Positions 1 to 10,048 of a stretch of DNA of 64,000 bases are shown one piece after another. The DNA comes from a bacterium (lineage in GTDB: Bacteria; Hinthialibacterota; Hinthialibacteria; Hinthialibacterales; Hinthialibacteraceae), in the NCBI GenBank assembly GCA_963663405.2, contig CAXXSM010000106.1, positions 1 to 64,000 of the forward strand, in the 5' to 3' direction. Below the pieces are notes generated by a model, which worked only from the letters and a program-made list of their open reading frames with translations, was not told the DNA's origin and did no database searches. A program made the position numbers and the translations under genes. How positions within the stretch are numbered: the first letter of the stretch is position 1; the number at the start of each line of letters is the position of its first letter.

Positions 1-927
1 TCCTATTCGGAGGAATTACCTCCAATGCCAAAGGGATACGAATCCAAAGAGGCGTTGATGGCCGCGTACGCGTTCGGGAGAATTAAAGTAATTGACGTGA
101 ATGTTTCCACACCCGATGATGTGATCGAGATCAAGAATATTGAATACGGGAAAGTGGGAGACCGGTCTCTGCAATTAGATTTGTACCAACCGAAGGAGAT
201 GAAGAAACCTGCGCCTGGTTTGATCTTCATTCATGGAGGCGCCTGGAAAGGGGGCGATAGGAAAATCATGAAATATTACTGCGTCCGATTCGCCCAAAAG
301 GGATATGTGACGGCGACGATCTCCTATCGTTTCTCGCAAGAGGCGCCGTTTCCCGCAGCGGTTAGCGACACGAAATGCGCTGTGCGTTGGATGCGGGCCA
401 ATGCGGAACAATATATAATTGATCCAGATCAAATTGGAATTTCCGGCAATTCCGCAGGTGGGCATCTCTCTATGATGGCGGCGTATTCTTCTGACGTTCA
501 CGAACTCGAAGGCAAGGGAGGAAATCCAGAAATCAGCAGCCGCGTTCAAGCCGTTGTCGATTTTTACGGTCCGACGGATCTGACCATACCGTTCGCTATC
601 AAACAGAGCGCTACTCGTGATTTTTTCGGCGGGAAAACGTACGACGAAGCGCCGGCGCTTTACTCGCTCGCTTCGCCCATTACGCACGTAACAAAAGATG
701 ATCCTCCAACCTTAATCTTTCATGGAACCATCGATGAAGTTGTTCCCATTCAACAAGCGGAATTCCTCGTTAAGAAATTAACCGATGTGGGAGTTCCTGT
801 CGTCTATGAGAAATTTGATGGATGGCCACATACGATGGATTTGGCGAAAGCCGTGAACGATCGTTGTTGTTACCGCATGGATAAATTCTTCGCTGAACAT
901 CTTCCCCTCAATCCACGAGTTGATTGA
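1..927 (+). CDS. Alpha/beta-hydrolase (HSL-family esterase/lipase), probably 5'-partial
   Basis: HGGAW oxyanion motif, GNSAGG nucleophile elbow, HGTID and H (WPH) triad positions. Frame is open from base 1. Confidence 0.9.
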   Translation, partial: SYSEELPPMPKGYESKEALMAAYAFGRIKVIDVNVSTPDDVIEIKNIEYGKVGDRSLQLDLYQPKEMKKPAPGLIFIHGGAWKGGDRKIMKYYCVRFAQKGYVTATISYRFSQEAPFPAAVSDTKCAVRWMRANAEQYIIDPDQIGISGNSAGGHLSMMAAYSSDVHELEGKGGNPEISSRVQAVVDFYGPTDLTIPFAIKQSATRDFFGGKTYDEAPALYSLASPITHVTKDDPPTLIFHGTIDEVVPIQQAEFLVKKLTDVGVPVVYEKFDGWPHTMDLAKAVNDRCCYRMDKFFAEHLPLNPRVD

Positions 928-1013
928 TTGCGTATTCTCCATTATGATTGCGGGATTGAATCATCCGCATGTTTTATTGATTCGCGTAACCTAATAAAGA
1001 TAGGAGTCTCTTC

Positions 1014-2054
1014 ATGTGGTATTATTCTCTTACGTTTGTGTTCTTTTTCTCATTGATCATTCATCCAGCGTTCGGTTCTGGAGACAAAGCTCCAGAAAGC
1101 ATCATGAAAGAATCAAAGCAATTCCAAGAACAATTAAAAACATGTCCCTACAAGATTCTGTGTGAGACATACCAGAACAATAACTGGGAACTCTTTATTA
1201 TAAGTCTCGATGGTTCTGGACCGGTGAATCTGACCAATACTCCGGATACACATGAGATGTATCCGCATGTCTCTCCCGATGGAACAAAGGTTTGCTTCGT
1301 TTCGGATGAAACGCGGAATGGTTCAACCCTTCGTTGCGTCTATTACATGAATATAGATGGGACGGATCGTATCAAAATTACGGAACACGCCCGGCAGCCT
1401 TGCTGGAGCCCTGATGGGAAAACCATCGCCTTTTTAAAAAGCAAGTATCACAAATTTCAAATTAACGATTACGCGACAAAAGAACTCTGTTTCTACGATC
1501 TGGAGACGAAACAGATACGTGAGCATTCCAATAAAGAGATTCACCATTTGTATAACATCTGTTGGTCAAAAAACGGCAAATGGATCGTCGCCACTGTCCA
1601 TGCGGGGATGGGGCATTCTCATACCAACTTGGCGATTGAAGTGAACGGAAATAATGTATACGACTTGGAAATCGGCGGTTGCCGCCCCGATCTTAGCCCG
1701 GATGGTAAACAAATCGCCTGGGGGAAAACGGATAACATTATTTCCGTCGCGGATATCGATTTGGAGTCATCTGTCCCGAAAGTGTCGAATATACGTGACG
1801 TGGTTGTGGAAAGCAAGCATGTCTATCACGTCGATTGGTCACCCGATGGAAAGTATCTTAGCTACAGCCGGGGACCGGGTGGTCAGGTGCAGAAGAGTGG
1901 GCCCGGCACAAACCGGGGCATCTCGGAAATTGTCGGCGTGCGTGGAATCTGGACGCTTTGCGTAACTCCTGTGACCGGCGAACGGCTTTTTACAAAACTG
2001 ACGGTGGATGGAGAAACCTTCAAGGAATCAGATTGGTTTATTCCTGCCCAGTAA
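1014..2054 (+). CDS. Secreted TolB-like beta-propeller (PD40 repeats)
   Basis: Signal peptide; repeated PxxSPDG/WSPDG motifs. Confidence 0.85.
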   Translation: MWYYSLTFVFFFSLIIHPAFGSGDKAPESIMKESKQFQEQLKTCPYKILCETYQNNNWELFIISLDGSGPVNLTNTPDTHEMYPHVSPDGTKVCFVSDETRNGSTLRCVYYMNIDGTDRIKITEHARQPCWSPDGKTIAFLKSKYHKFQINDYATKELCFYDLETKQIREHSNKEIHHLYNICWSKNGKWIVATVHAGMGHSHTNLAIEVNGNNVYDLEIGGCRPDLSPDGKQIAWGKTDNIISVADIDLESSVPKVSNIRDVVVESKHVYHVDWSPDGKYLSYSRGPGGQVQKSGPGTNRGISEIVGVRGIWTLCVTPVTGERLFTKLTVDGETFKESDWFIPAQ

Positions 2055-2072
2055 CGGAGGTTCGGCGGACTG

Positions 2073-2969
2073 ATGAGACAACAATCAAGAATTAAAAAGA
2101 CAGCGGTCTTTTTCCTGATTTTCTTGCTTCTTCCCGTATTGTTATTATGTTGCGGCGGGGAATCGGTGGAGCAAACTACTGTCATGCCAAAAGTGGTTTC
2201 TATTAAAACACCAACGGGATATACCATGTCGCTGATACCGAGTGGCTCGTTTCTAATGGGGAGCGATCAACATGCGGAGGATGAATCTCCCATACATACC
2301 GTGACGGTCAACGCCTTTGCGATGGATGTGTATGAAGTGACACAAGAACGGTTTGAAAATTTGATGATGGAAGATCCATCCCACTTCAAGGACAAAAACC
2401 GGCCTGTTGAACAGGTGCGTTGGTCGGACGCGGCGGAATTTTGCAACGCTCGTTCTGTGGAGGAAGGTTTGGATCCATGCTATGACGAAGTGACTTATAA
2501 GTGTAATTTTGAGGCGAATGGATACCGCTTGCCCACGGAAGCGGAATGGGAGTACGCCTGCCGCTCGGGATCGGCGAGTGATTACTGCTTTGGTTCCCAG
2601 CCAAGCGCACTCGCTCAATACGCTTGGTTCAAACAAAGCGCGCAAAAGCAAACAAAAAAAGTGGGATTGAAAAAACCGAACGCATGGGGATTGTATGACA
2701 TGCATGGAAACGTGATGGAATGGTGTTATGACGTCTACGGCGAAGGTTTTTACACGGAAAGTCCGGAGAGCAATCCCAAGGGGCCTGCGGAAGGGAAGAA
2801 ACGAGTCTTGCGTGGGGGCGCATGGAACTCGAGCGCGGACGCCTGCCGCGCGTCTTTCCGCATGGCTGATGTTCCCGGTATTACCGACGCCTGTTTTGCG
2901 CAGGATACGTATGGTTTTCGCTGCGTGAGAAATCTTTCCACTGAAGAGCGCGCCTTACTCGATGGATAA
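2073..2969 (+). CDS. FGE-sulfatase (SUMF1/EgtB/PvdO-like) domain lipoprotein
   Basis: Hydrophobic N-terminus with Cys; FLMGS, RLPTEAEWEYACR, PNAWGLYDMHGNVMEW, RGGAW, GFRCVR motifs. Confidence 0.9.
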   Translation: MRQQSRIKKTAVFFLIFLLLPVLLLCCGGESVEQTTVMPKVVSIKTPTGYTMSLIPSGSFLMGSDQHAEDESPIHTVTVNAFAMDVYEVTQERFENLMMEDPSHFKDKNRPVEQVRWSDAAEFCNARSVEEGLDPCYDEVTYKCNFEANGYRLPTEAEWEYACRSGSASDYCFGSQPSALAQYAWFKQSAQKQTKKVGLKKPNAWGLYDMHGNVMEWCYDVYGEGFYTESPESNPKGPAEGKKRVLRGGAWNSSADACRASFRMADVPGITDACFAQDTYGFRCVRNLSTEERALLDG

Positions 2970-3012
2970 TTCATTCTTTCCAATGTAAGTTCTATTCACA
3001 AAGGAAATTTCT

Positions 3013-4389
3013 ATGCTATTTCATACTTGGCCTTTTTATGTCTTCTTTCTGATCTTCTATCCTATATATATTGCGACAAAACATACCCGTTTTTCTATTT
3101 GGTGGCTGCTGATCGCGTCGTATGTTTTCTATGCGTGGTGGAATCCACTTTTTCTACTCCTAATTGTCTATTCAACGCTTCTTGATTACGTTGTTGTCAA
3201 TCAAATGGAGAAAAGCCAGCGGAAGAAACTATGGCTTATGATCAGTGTTGTGAATAATCTTGGCCTATTGGGTTTCTTTAAATACGGAGTGTTTTTTACG
3301 GATAATGTAAATGTTCTTCTCCGCATGATTGGTTTGTCTTATCAGCTTCCCGCGCCGGATGTGCTGCTTCCAGTCGGGATTTCATTCTATACCTTTCAAT
3401 CGATGAGTTATACAATCGATTACTACCGGGGGAAAATCGAGCGGGAAGCGAGTTTTATCCGCTTCGCCGCGTTTGTGGCTCTTTTTCCTCAACTCGTCGC
3501 TGGGCCGATCGAGCGCGCGAAGAATCTTCTTCCTCAGCTGCATGGCGTACCCCGTGTTACACTGCAAGATGTGACAGACGGTATGTCATTATTCGTCTTG
3601 GGATTGTTTAAAAAAGTCGCTCTCGCAAACTATCTGGCGATGTTCTCCGATCAGATTTTTTCTATGCCCGATCAGTATCAATCCCCCGCGTTGATCCTCG
3701 GCACAATCGCTTTTGGGTGGCAAATCTATTTTGACTTTAGTGGGTATACGGATATGGCGCGGGGTGTCGCGCGTATGATGGGATTCAAATTGATGTTGAA
3801 TTTCAACAATCCTTACCTCGCGACGGGATTGGGGGATTTTTGGTCTCGATGGCATATCAGTTTATCCACCTGGTTCCGGGATTATGTGTATATTCCACTT
3901 GGCGGCAATCGGTCGGGAACTTTTGCAACATACCGCAATGTTTTTATCACGATGGTAGTTTCCGGTTTCTGGCATGGCGCCGCATGGACGTTTGTCGTGT
4001 GGGGCGCTCTGCATGCGATTGGAACGTTACTGACGCGTGAACTGGAGCGTAACCAGTGGTATAGAGAGAACTTGCCAAGATGGGTGAAGCAACTTTGGGT
4101 CTATATCTTTGTGAATCTAACCTGGATCTTTTTCCGGGCGGAATCCATGAGTGACGCGTGTCTAATGTTGGGCCGTATCTTTACCACGGGCTGGGCGGAT
4201 CCTATGTTCCCGATCGTGGCGCTTGTGCTGATTGTCAGTGTGTATGTATATCAATACCTGTTTGAATCCAAGTGGAAAACCGTACTGACATTAGCGCCTG
4301 TGAGGATCGCTCTTGTCCTGTTCATGATTGTATATTTAACCATGTTCGCCGGCACGGCGGATCAGCCTTTTATCTATTTCCAATTCTAA
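3013..4389 (+). CDS. MBOAT family O-acyltransferase (AlgI/DltB-like)
   Basis: LPVGISFYTF, LVAGPIER, YFDFSGYTDMA, FWSRWHISLSTWFRDY, SGFWHGA (catalytic His); C-terminal PFIYFQF. Confidence 0.95.
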   Translation: MLFHTWPFYVFFLIFYPIYIATKHTRFSIWWLLIASYVFYAWWNPLFLLLIVYSTLLDYVVVNQMEKSQRKKLWLMISVVNNLGLLGFFKYGVFFTDNVNVLLRMIGLSYQLPAPDVLLPVGISFYTFQSMSYTIDYYRGKIEREASFIRFAAFVALFPQLVAGPIERAKNLLPQLHGVPRVTLQDVTDGMSLFVLGLFKKVALANYLAMFSDQIFSMPDQYQSPALILGTIAFGWQIYFDFSGYTDMARGVARMMGFKLMLNFNNPYLATGLGDFWSRWHISLSTWFRDYVYIPLGGNRSGTFATYRNVFITMVVSGFWHGAAWTFVVWGALHAIGTLLTRELERNQWYRENLPRWVKQLWVYIFVNLTWIFFRAESMSDACLMLGRIFTTGWADPMFPIVALVLIVSVYVYQYLFESKWKTVLTLAPVRIALVLFMIVYLTMFAGTADQPFIYFQF

Positions 4390-4435
4390 CTTTGACCGAT
4401 CAAATCGCGCGTATGCGAATCAGAGATAATATATT

Positions 4436-5587
4436 ATGATAAAACAGTTTCTTGCCTCTTTTCAACAGAATACTGACTATGCGAAAGTTCCGGAAGTGCC
4501 GTATGGATCGCATCTGATCCGCCTATCCTGGATCGAGTGGATTATTGTTTTTGTGATTCTTGGTTTGCTTTTTCATTTCGCTCCATGGGGATGGAGTCAA
4601 ATCGAGCCGTTTCCAATGCAAGATGATTTTCGTATCCCTTATAAATTGAGCAATGATTATTGGTTGTTTTCCCGGTATTGCGAACAAATCAAGAAGAATC
4701 AGGATATTTTTGTGCTTGGGGATTCGGTTGTGTGGGGTGAGTATGTACATCCCGAAGAGACATTTTCCCATTATCTGAATGAGAACGAAGTGGATCATGT
4801 GTACAGAAACGTGGGTGTCAACGGCATCCATCCTATATCTATGTATGGCTTACTATGTTATTACGCCGGATCAATTCAAAATCAATCCGTCTTGTTGCAT
4901 TGCAATCCTTTATGGATGAGTTCTCCACAGAGAGACTTGCAAGTGGATAAAGAGATTCCATTTAATCATCCTGAATTGACCGCGCAGTTTTTTTCCCCAG
5001 TTCCTTGTTACCGCGCATCTTTTTCCGACCGCGCGGGGATTGTCGCGGAACGGAATGCGCCATTTTTACAATGGATGCATCATATCCGAATTGCTTACTT
5101 TGACAATTCGGATATGCCGTCGTGGACATTGGAGCACCCCTATGTCAATCCAGTGTCAACCATTCATTTTGATGGTTTCCAAAACAGCCGGGAACTCCGG
5201 CACGATCCTGTGCCTTGGACGGAAAAAGGAACAAAACAAGATTTTCCGTGGGTTTCGCTTGATTCCTCTCTTCAATGGAAATCCTTTCAAAAGGCAGTTA
5301 GAATATTGCAAGATCGGGGGAATTCCATCTTTGTTCTCGTCGGCCCATTTAACGAACACATGTTGGAGCCGGAGAGTTTGCGGCAATATCAGTCTATACG
5401 AGATAAGATTACAGCATGGTTGAAAGAAGAATCGATCCCCTCTTTTACTCCATCCGCTTTGCCTAGTCATTATTATGCGGACGCCAGTCATCCGTTAAAA
5501 GAAGGGTATTCCATGTTAGCTGGCGCGCTAATTGAAAATACTGGTTTTAAACAGTGGCGTAAAGGGATTTCAATCAATTCATTTTAG
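4436..5587 (+). CDS. Membrane-anchored SGNH-like acyltransferase (AlgJ/DltD-like partner of the MBOAT)
   Basis: N-terminal TM helix, LGDS block I and DASH (DxxH) block V; directly follows the MBOAT. Confidence 0.75.
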   Translation: MIKQFLASFQQNTDYAKVPEVPYGSHLIRLSWIEWIIVFVILGLLFHFAPWGWSQIEPFPMQDDFRIPYKLSNDYWLFSRYCEQIKKNQDIFVLGDSVVWGEYVHPEETFSHYLNENEVDHVYRNVGVNGIHPISMYGLLCYYAGSIQNQSVLLHCNPLWMSSPQRDLQVDKEIPFNHPELTAQFFSPVPCYRASFSDRAGIVAERNAPFLQWMHHIRIAYFDNSDMPSWTLEHPYVNPVSTIHFDGFQNSRELRHDPVPWTEKGTKQDFPWVSLDSSLQWKSFQKAVRILQDRGNSIFVLVGPFNEHMLEPESLRQYQSIRDKITAWLKEESIPSFTPSALPSHYYADASHPLKEGYSMLAGALIENTGFKQWRKGISINSF

Positions 5588-5615
5588 GTATTCGTGGACG
5601 CAAAAAGGAAATCAT

Positions 5616-6467
5616 ATGTATACAAAAAACTTATGTAAATACAGTATTGCGCTATTCATATGTGTATCGATTCCATCCGCCTATGCGTTGGATTTAAATT
5701 CACTGCAGGGAGAAATTGTTTTTTCGAGCGATCGGTCTGGTACGTGGCGCATATGGACAATACATGCGAATGGAGAGGAACTGGAGCAAATTACGGATGG
5801 GAGTGAAGAGGAGATCGACGTTGATCCAACTTACAGTCCAGACGGAAAATCTATTCTATTCAGTTCGACACGTGGTGGAACCATTGGTGTGTGGAGAATG
5901 AACGTTGATGGAATAGGCCAGGAACGAATCTGTAACGGGGATCAGGCGGAATGGTCGCCTTGTGGGGAAAAAATTGCTTTGCGCCGGGAAGGGAAAATAT
6001 ACATTCATAATTTACTGGACAAGTCAGAAAAACAAAAAACGCCGTATGATTGGATCAAGTGCTCTGGCCCCGCTTGGAGCCCTGATGGCAAAACCATTGC
6101 TTTCGCTTGCCAAGGAGAAACGGGAAATGCGCTCTATACGATTGATGTGGAGGGAGGAGCGCCTAAAAAAATATACGATAAAAAAGGCGCATGTGAACCC
6201 CACTGGGCGCCGGATGGATCGTTACTTGTTTATGAAACTGAAACGAATGTCTGTACCTTAAAACCTGATGGTACGAAGAATCGTATGATTACTTACTTTG
6301 GAGGTGTGCAGCGATATCCGCGATGGAGCCCCGATGGAAAGTATATCATTTATTGTCAGGGCGTTTCAGAAACAGGTCCCTGGGAGTTGTATATCATTCC
6401 ATCAAAAGGCGGCGCGCCGGTTCGACTGACAGAAGAAGGCTCGGATATGAATCCAGATTGGAAATGA
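5616..6467 (+). CDS. Secreted TolB-like beta-propeller
   Basis: ATG at 5616 after AAGGA; signal peptide; FSSDR, repeated PxWSPDG, terminal PDW. Confidence 0.85.
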   Translation: MYTKNLCKYSIALFICVSIPSAYALDLNSLQGEIVFSSDRSGTWRIWTIHANGEELEQITDGSEEEIDVDPTYSPDGKSILFSSTRGGTIGVWRMNVDGIGQERICNGDQAEWSPCGEKIALRREGKIYIHNLLDKSEKQKTPYDWIKCSGPAWSPDGKTIAFACQGETGNALYTIDVEGGAPKKIYDKKGACEPHWAPDGSLLVYETETNVCTLKPDGTKNRMITYFGGVQRYPRWSPDGKYIIYCQGVSETGPWELYIIPSKGGAPVRLTEEGSDMNPDWK

Positions 6468-6490
6468 TTCTTATACAAGGATAACAAGTC

Positions 6491-8140
6491 ATGTCATTTT
6501 TAAAATTTACCAAATATAGTTTTCATTTACTATTTTATATATTATCATGCCTTTGCCCGTTATGTAACGCCGCGCAAGATATAAACAAGTTTATTCAAGA
6601 CACGTGTCCTCCTTGTGTATATCTATTGGATACAGGCGTTCCATTTGCCGACAAAATACCTCCAAAATCCTTAATCGAGAAAAAGGAATGGTCTCTTATT
6701 CCGGAAGGAATAACGGATTATGCGTTTCAAGGAGACGCAGTAATTCTAAATGATAAGATCGCCGTTGTGCTGCGGAAACATTCCAATGAGGCCGATGTTT
6801 ATTCATTGACTAACGATGGAGCGGTTCAGCGCGCCAATCTGCTTCCAAGTGGCGTAGAGAACGAAATACCCATAAGTCTTTCGTCAATAAAAATTGTAGA
6901 AAACGAATTGAGCGCTGTACGATTGGATGCGGCGTATCAGACTAAAAATGATACAATGCAAATCGGAATCCGTATAACCACTGGATCCGTCACGATGGAA
7001 GTCTATTCTGGAGTGGGTACGAAAGCGATTCAACTGCAAACGAAATCGCAATATGCTGTCATCCCAGATTTTTTTGCGGATGACATGATTTTTTCAGAGG
7101 AATCCTTTCAAGAAGACACTATCGAATTGCCAACTGATAATTACTTTTTACACGCGGTGGAAGGAGGAAACGCATTGATCGCATGCGTTTGGGAATCGAA
7201 TCTTCAAAATGCGAGTCTCCTTTTGTCGAATGAAAATTCTAATAAAATTATATCAGGATCAAAAATTGAGTGTATTCTAGAAAAGAAGATTTGGATTTCC
7301 ATGTTAGAATATCCTGGAATATGGATATGCGGTCTTCCTAATGAAATCAAAAAGTGGACGCCGCCTTTTCCCGCCATGTGGCGTGCGAATCGTTTGATAT
7401 CTGATGGAGATACGCAATCCTGTCAACATAGTGAAATAAGTCTTGTAAATAACGATGATCATTATTTTATTTATCCGATCGATCGGGATCGTTCAACGCC
7501 ACTTTCGGTGTATTGTCCAATCGACATACTGAGAAACACATTGGGAGTGGGGCCCTGCCAATACATCCTGGACCGGGAGAATCTGGGTTCAGGCGCGCAT
7601 CCAACGCCGAATGATGTAACCGAATGGATAGTAAATTTGTTCCATCGTAAACGAGAGAAACGCTACAAAGAACAGATCGTAGAGCGGTTGAAAGAGATGA
7701 CACTGTTAATTGATGAAACGCAATCCCGTATACAACAATATTTGAATTACACGGAAAATGTTCGTGATTATCTTGATTCATTATCCTTCGATAATAATCG
7801 AGAAAACGAGTTAAAAAAATCATTGGATAACATAGTCGATACTATGAAAACGGTAATTGATCGAAATAATTCTAATGTTCCAGCATTGGAATCGATCAAT
7901 CGTATGGGAAACGAGATTGTATCGCTTATCGGTGAAAACAATGCGGAAGAAAAATGCAAGACAATTTGCGATAAGATCCGCGCAATCGGCGCGTCACAGA
8001 ATTACACAGTATCGAAATGCAGAATGGCTTCTCGATGGCTTTTAAAACGTGTAAAGATGTATGCTTCTAATAACACGGCGTGGAAGAATCATTTCGATTG
8101 GATTCGTACGAACACAAAAGCAATATTGAATGTAGATTAG
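6491..8140 (+). CDS. Secreted hypothetical protein (paralogue of 8169-10019)
   Basis: 549 aa ORF with signal peptide; shares NDK, PDFFADD, PFPAxWR and RxTLGVGPCxYILDxE with the next gene. Confidence 0.8.
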   Translation: MSFLKFTKYSFHLLFYILSCLCPLCNAAQDINKFIQDTCPPCVYLLDTGVPFADKIPPKSLIEKKEWSLIPEGITDYAFQGDAVILNDKIAVVLRKHSNEADVYSLTNDGAVQRANLLPSGVENEIPISLSSIKIVENELSAVRLDAAYQTKNDTMQIGIRITTGSVTMEVYSGVGTKAIQLQTKSQYAVIPDFFADDMIFSEESFQEDTIELPTDNYFLHAVEGGNALIACVWESNLQNASLLLSNENSNKIISGSKIECILEKKIWISMLEYPGIWICGLPNEIKKWTPPFPAMWRANRLISDGDTQSCQHSEISLVNNDDHYFIYPIDRDRSTPLSVYCPIDILRNTLGVGPCQYILDRENLGSGAHPTPNDVTEWIVNLFHRKREKRYKEQIVERLKEMTLLIDETQSRIQQYLNYTENVRDYLDSLSFDNNRENELKKSLDNIVDTMKTVIDRNNSNVPALESINRMGNEIVSLIGENNAEEKCKTICDKIRAIGASQNYTVSKCRMASRWLLKRVKMYASNNTAWKNHFDWIRTNTKAILNVD

Positions 8141-8168
8141 ATAAGAACATTTAGATAGGAGCGTTAGT

Positions 8169-10019
8169 ATGAAATCGATCAATATTATATTCATTTGTAG
8201 TATTACTATAATTGTTTTATGTATGGCGTCAGCGGTAAATTCGCAGGAAATGAATGTAGAACCTTTTACTCGTTTGTATGACACAATGCATAACTCAGTG
8301 GAAGCGTACACAAGCGACGCATTGATTAAACGGAATGGATGGATTGAAATTCCCGAAGATAAAACAGATCATTCGTTTGATGGGAATGTAGTATTTATGA
8401 ATGACAAACTGGCGCTCGCAATGCGATCCCAGTCAAAAGGAGTGGAACTCTATACTTGTTCCAAAAAAGGATATACACAAAGAGCGATCATTGCTCCTGC
8501 TATTGATGACTGCAAACTTATACAAGATTCAATATCCATAGAAGAAAACAATCAAAGCGTAATTCTTCTCACCGCCGCTTTTCAGACGAATGATAAAAAG
8601 AAGTATATTTTGAAATTTCAATTGAATATGGGGCAGGTCTTTGTCAATATAAAACCGGGAGATGACGTTGAGTCTCTACGAGTCTATGCGGACAGCCGGT
8701 TTGCGATTCTACCGGATTTTTTTGCGGATGATATTGTCATTGACGCAATGCAACTGCCTGCTGAGATCGTAGAACTACCGAGTGAACATTTTCTTATACA
8801 ACCCACCGCTAACCGTGACGCTATGCTTATCTCTGTATGCAACACAAGTGAACAAGATATGAAAGTATATCTTGCTGGTGGCGATGAAGAACGGCGGATT
8901 ACGTATTCGGACATATTCTTTGGGAAAGAAGGGGAAATATGGATCTCCGCAATTGATACACCTGGAATATGGCATTCAAGGATGATCGAAAAAGAAGATG
9001 AAGGGAAAGAAATCCCGCTGGATTGGGATATTCCATTCCCGGCCTTGTGGCGCGTTGATTGGCAATGCGCTAGTCAGTTGACTGACAGCTGGGAAATGTT
9101 AGTCCAACAGCCGGATGGCAGCTATCATAAATATGGATGGCTGGGGAATTCCGCCGATTTTGGGCAATCCGATTGGTTGCGAAAAACGAACCGGCAGCGT
9201 TGGACAACCGTACTCGGTTTGTTTTTATATCCGTGTTGGATCGATAAGAATGGAAAAGGATATGTGCAGCCATTGAAAGATAATATTGTACAATTTGCCG
9301 GCCCTGCGATTTTTTATCCACTCGATCGTGTAGCCAACACACCGCTCCAAGCCTATACATTTACAGATATTGTAAGAATGACGTTAGGAGTTGGACCCTG
9401 CAAGTATATTCTCGATTTAGAAGGACAGAAGAAATCCTATAAAGGGATCGCAACCTGTGCGGCGAGAACAAAATTAAACACAATTTATGAAGAAAAAAGA
9501 CAAAAACAAAGCCGAAAAGATGTTGAACAGGCTTTGAAGGATGTCTTGGCCTTTGTGAAGCATATACGAGGCCGAATCAATGAATACATTGAATTCGGGC
9601 ATGTAACGATTGATTATCTTCAAATACAAAAGCAAGAGCATCCTGAATGGGGTGAATTTATCGATGAGATGATTGAGTTGACAAAAGACATTGATAGAAA
9701 GGTTAAGGAGAGAAAAAACGAGATCAATACGCCTCAATACGCCGAAAACTTAGTCATGAAATTTCGTAATGAATTGATCGATTATGAAGAAAAAGACGCT
9801 CTAGAAAAATGCAAAAAAATTACTGCGGGATTGGTCAAAATTGGTGGCAATCAAGATGAATTGGTCGGTGAATGCCGAGTCGCTGTCAAGCGTTTGAGAC
9901 AACGAGCGGGACTGACTATGGCGGTGAATCCACAACTCGCTAACTTGGCAAAAGAAATTCGGCGGCGAACGCAGACGATTTTGCGAAATCCAACTAGTTA
10001 TGAAGCGCCCAGGCATTAA
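8169..10019 (+). CDS. Secreted hypothetical protein (paralogue of 6491-8140)
   Basis: 616 aa ORF, AGGAG RBS, signal peptide, same shared motifs, helical C-terminal part. Confidence 0.8.
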   Translation: MKSINIIFICSITIIVLCMASAVNSQEMNVEPFTRLYDTMHNSVEAYTSDALIKRNGWIEIPEDKTDHSFDGNVVFMNDKLALAMRSQSKGVELYTCSKKGYTQRAIIAPAIDDCKLIQDSISIEENNQSVILLTAAFQTNDKKKYILKFQLNMGQVFVNIKPGDDVESLRVYADSRFAILPDFFADDIVIDAMQLPAEIVELPSEHFLIQPTANRDAMLISVCNTSEQDMKVYLAGGDEERRITYSDIFFGKEGEIWISAIDTPGIWHSRMIEKEDEGKEIPLDWDIPFPALWRVDWQCASQLTDSWEMLVQQPDGSYHKYGWLGNSADFGQSDWLRKTNRQRWTTVLGLFLYPCWIDKNGKGYVQPLKDNIVQFAGPAIFYPLDRVANTPLQAYTFTDIVRMTLGVGPCKYILDLEGQKKSYKGIATCAARTKLNTIYEEKRQKQSRKDVEQALKDVLAFVKHIRGRINEYIEFGHVTIDYLQIQKQEHPEWGEFIDEMIELTKDIDRKVKERKNEINTPQYAENLVMKFRNELIDYEEKDALEKCKKITAGLVKIGGNQDELVGECRVAVKRLRQRAGLTMAVNPQLANLAKEIRRRTQTILRNPTSYEAPRH

Positions 10020-10048
10020 CTAAAACATCAATAAATAGGAACTTGATC

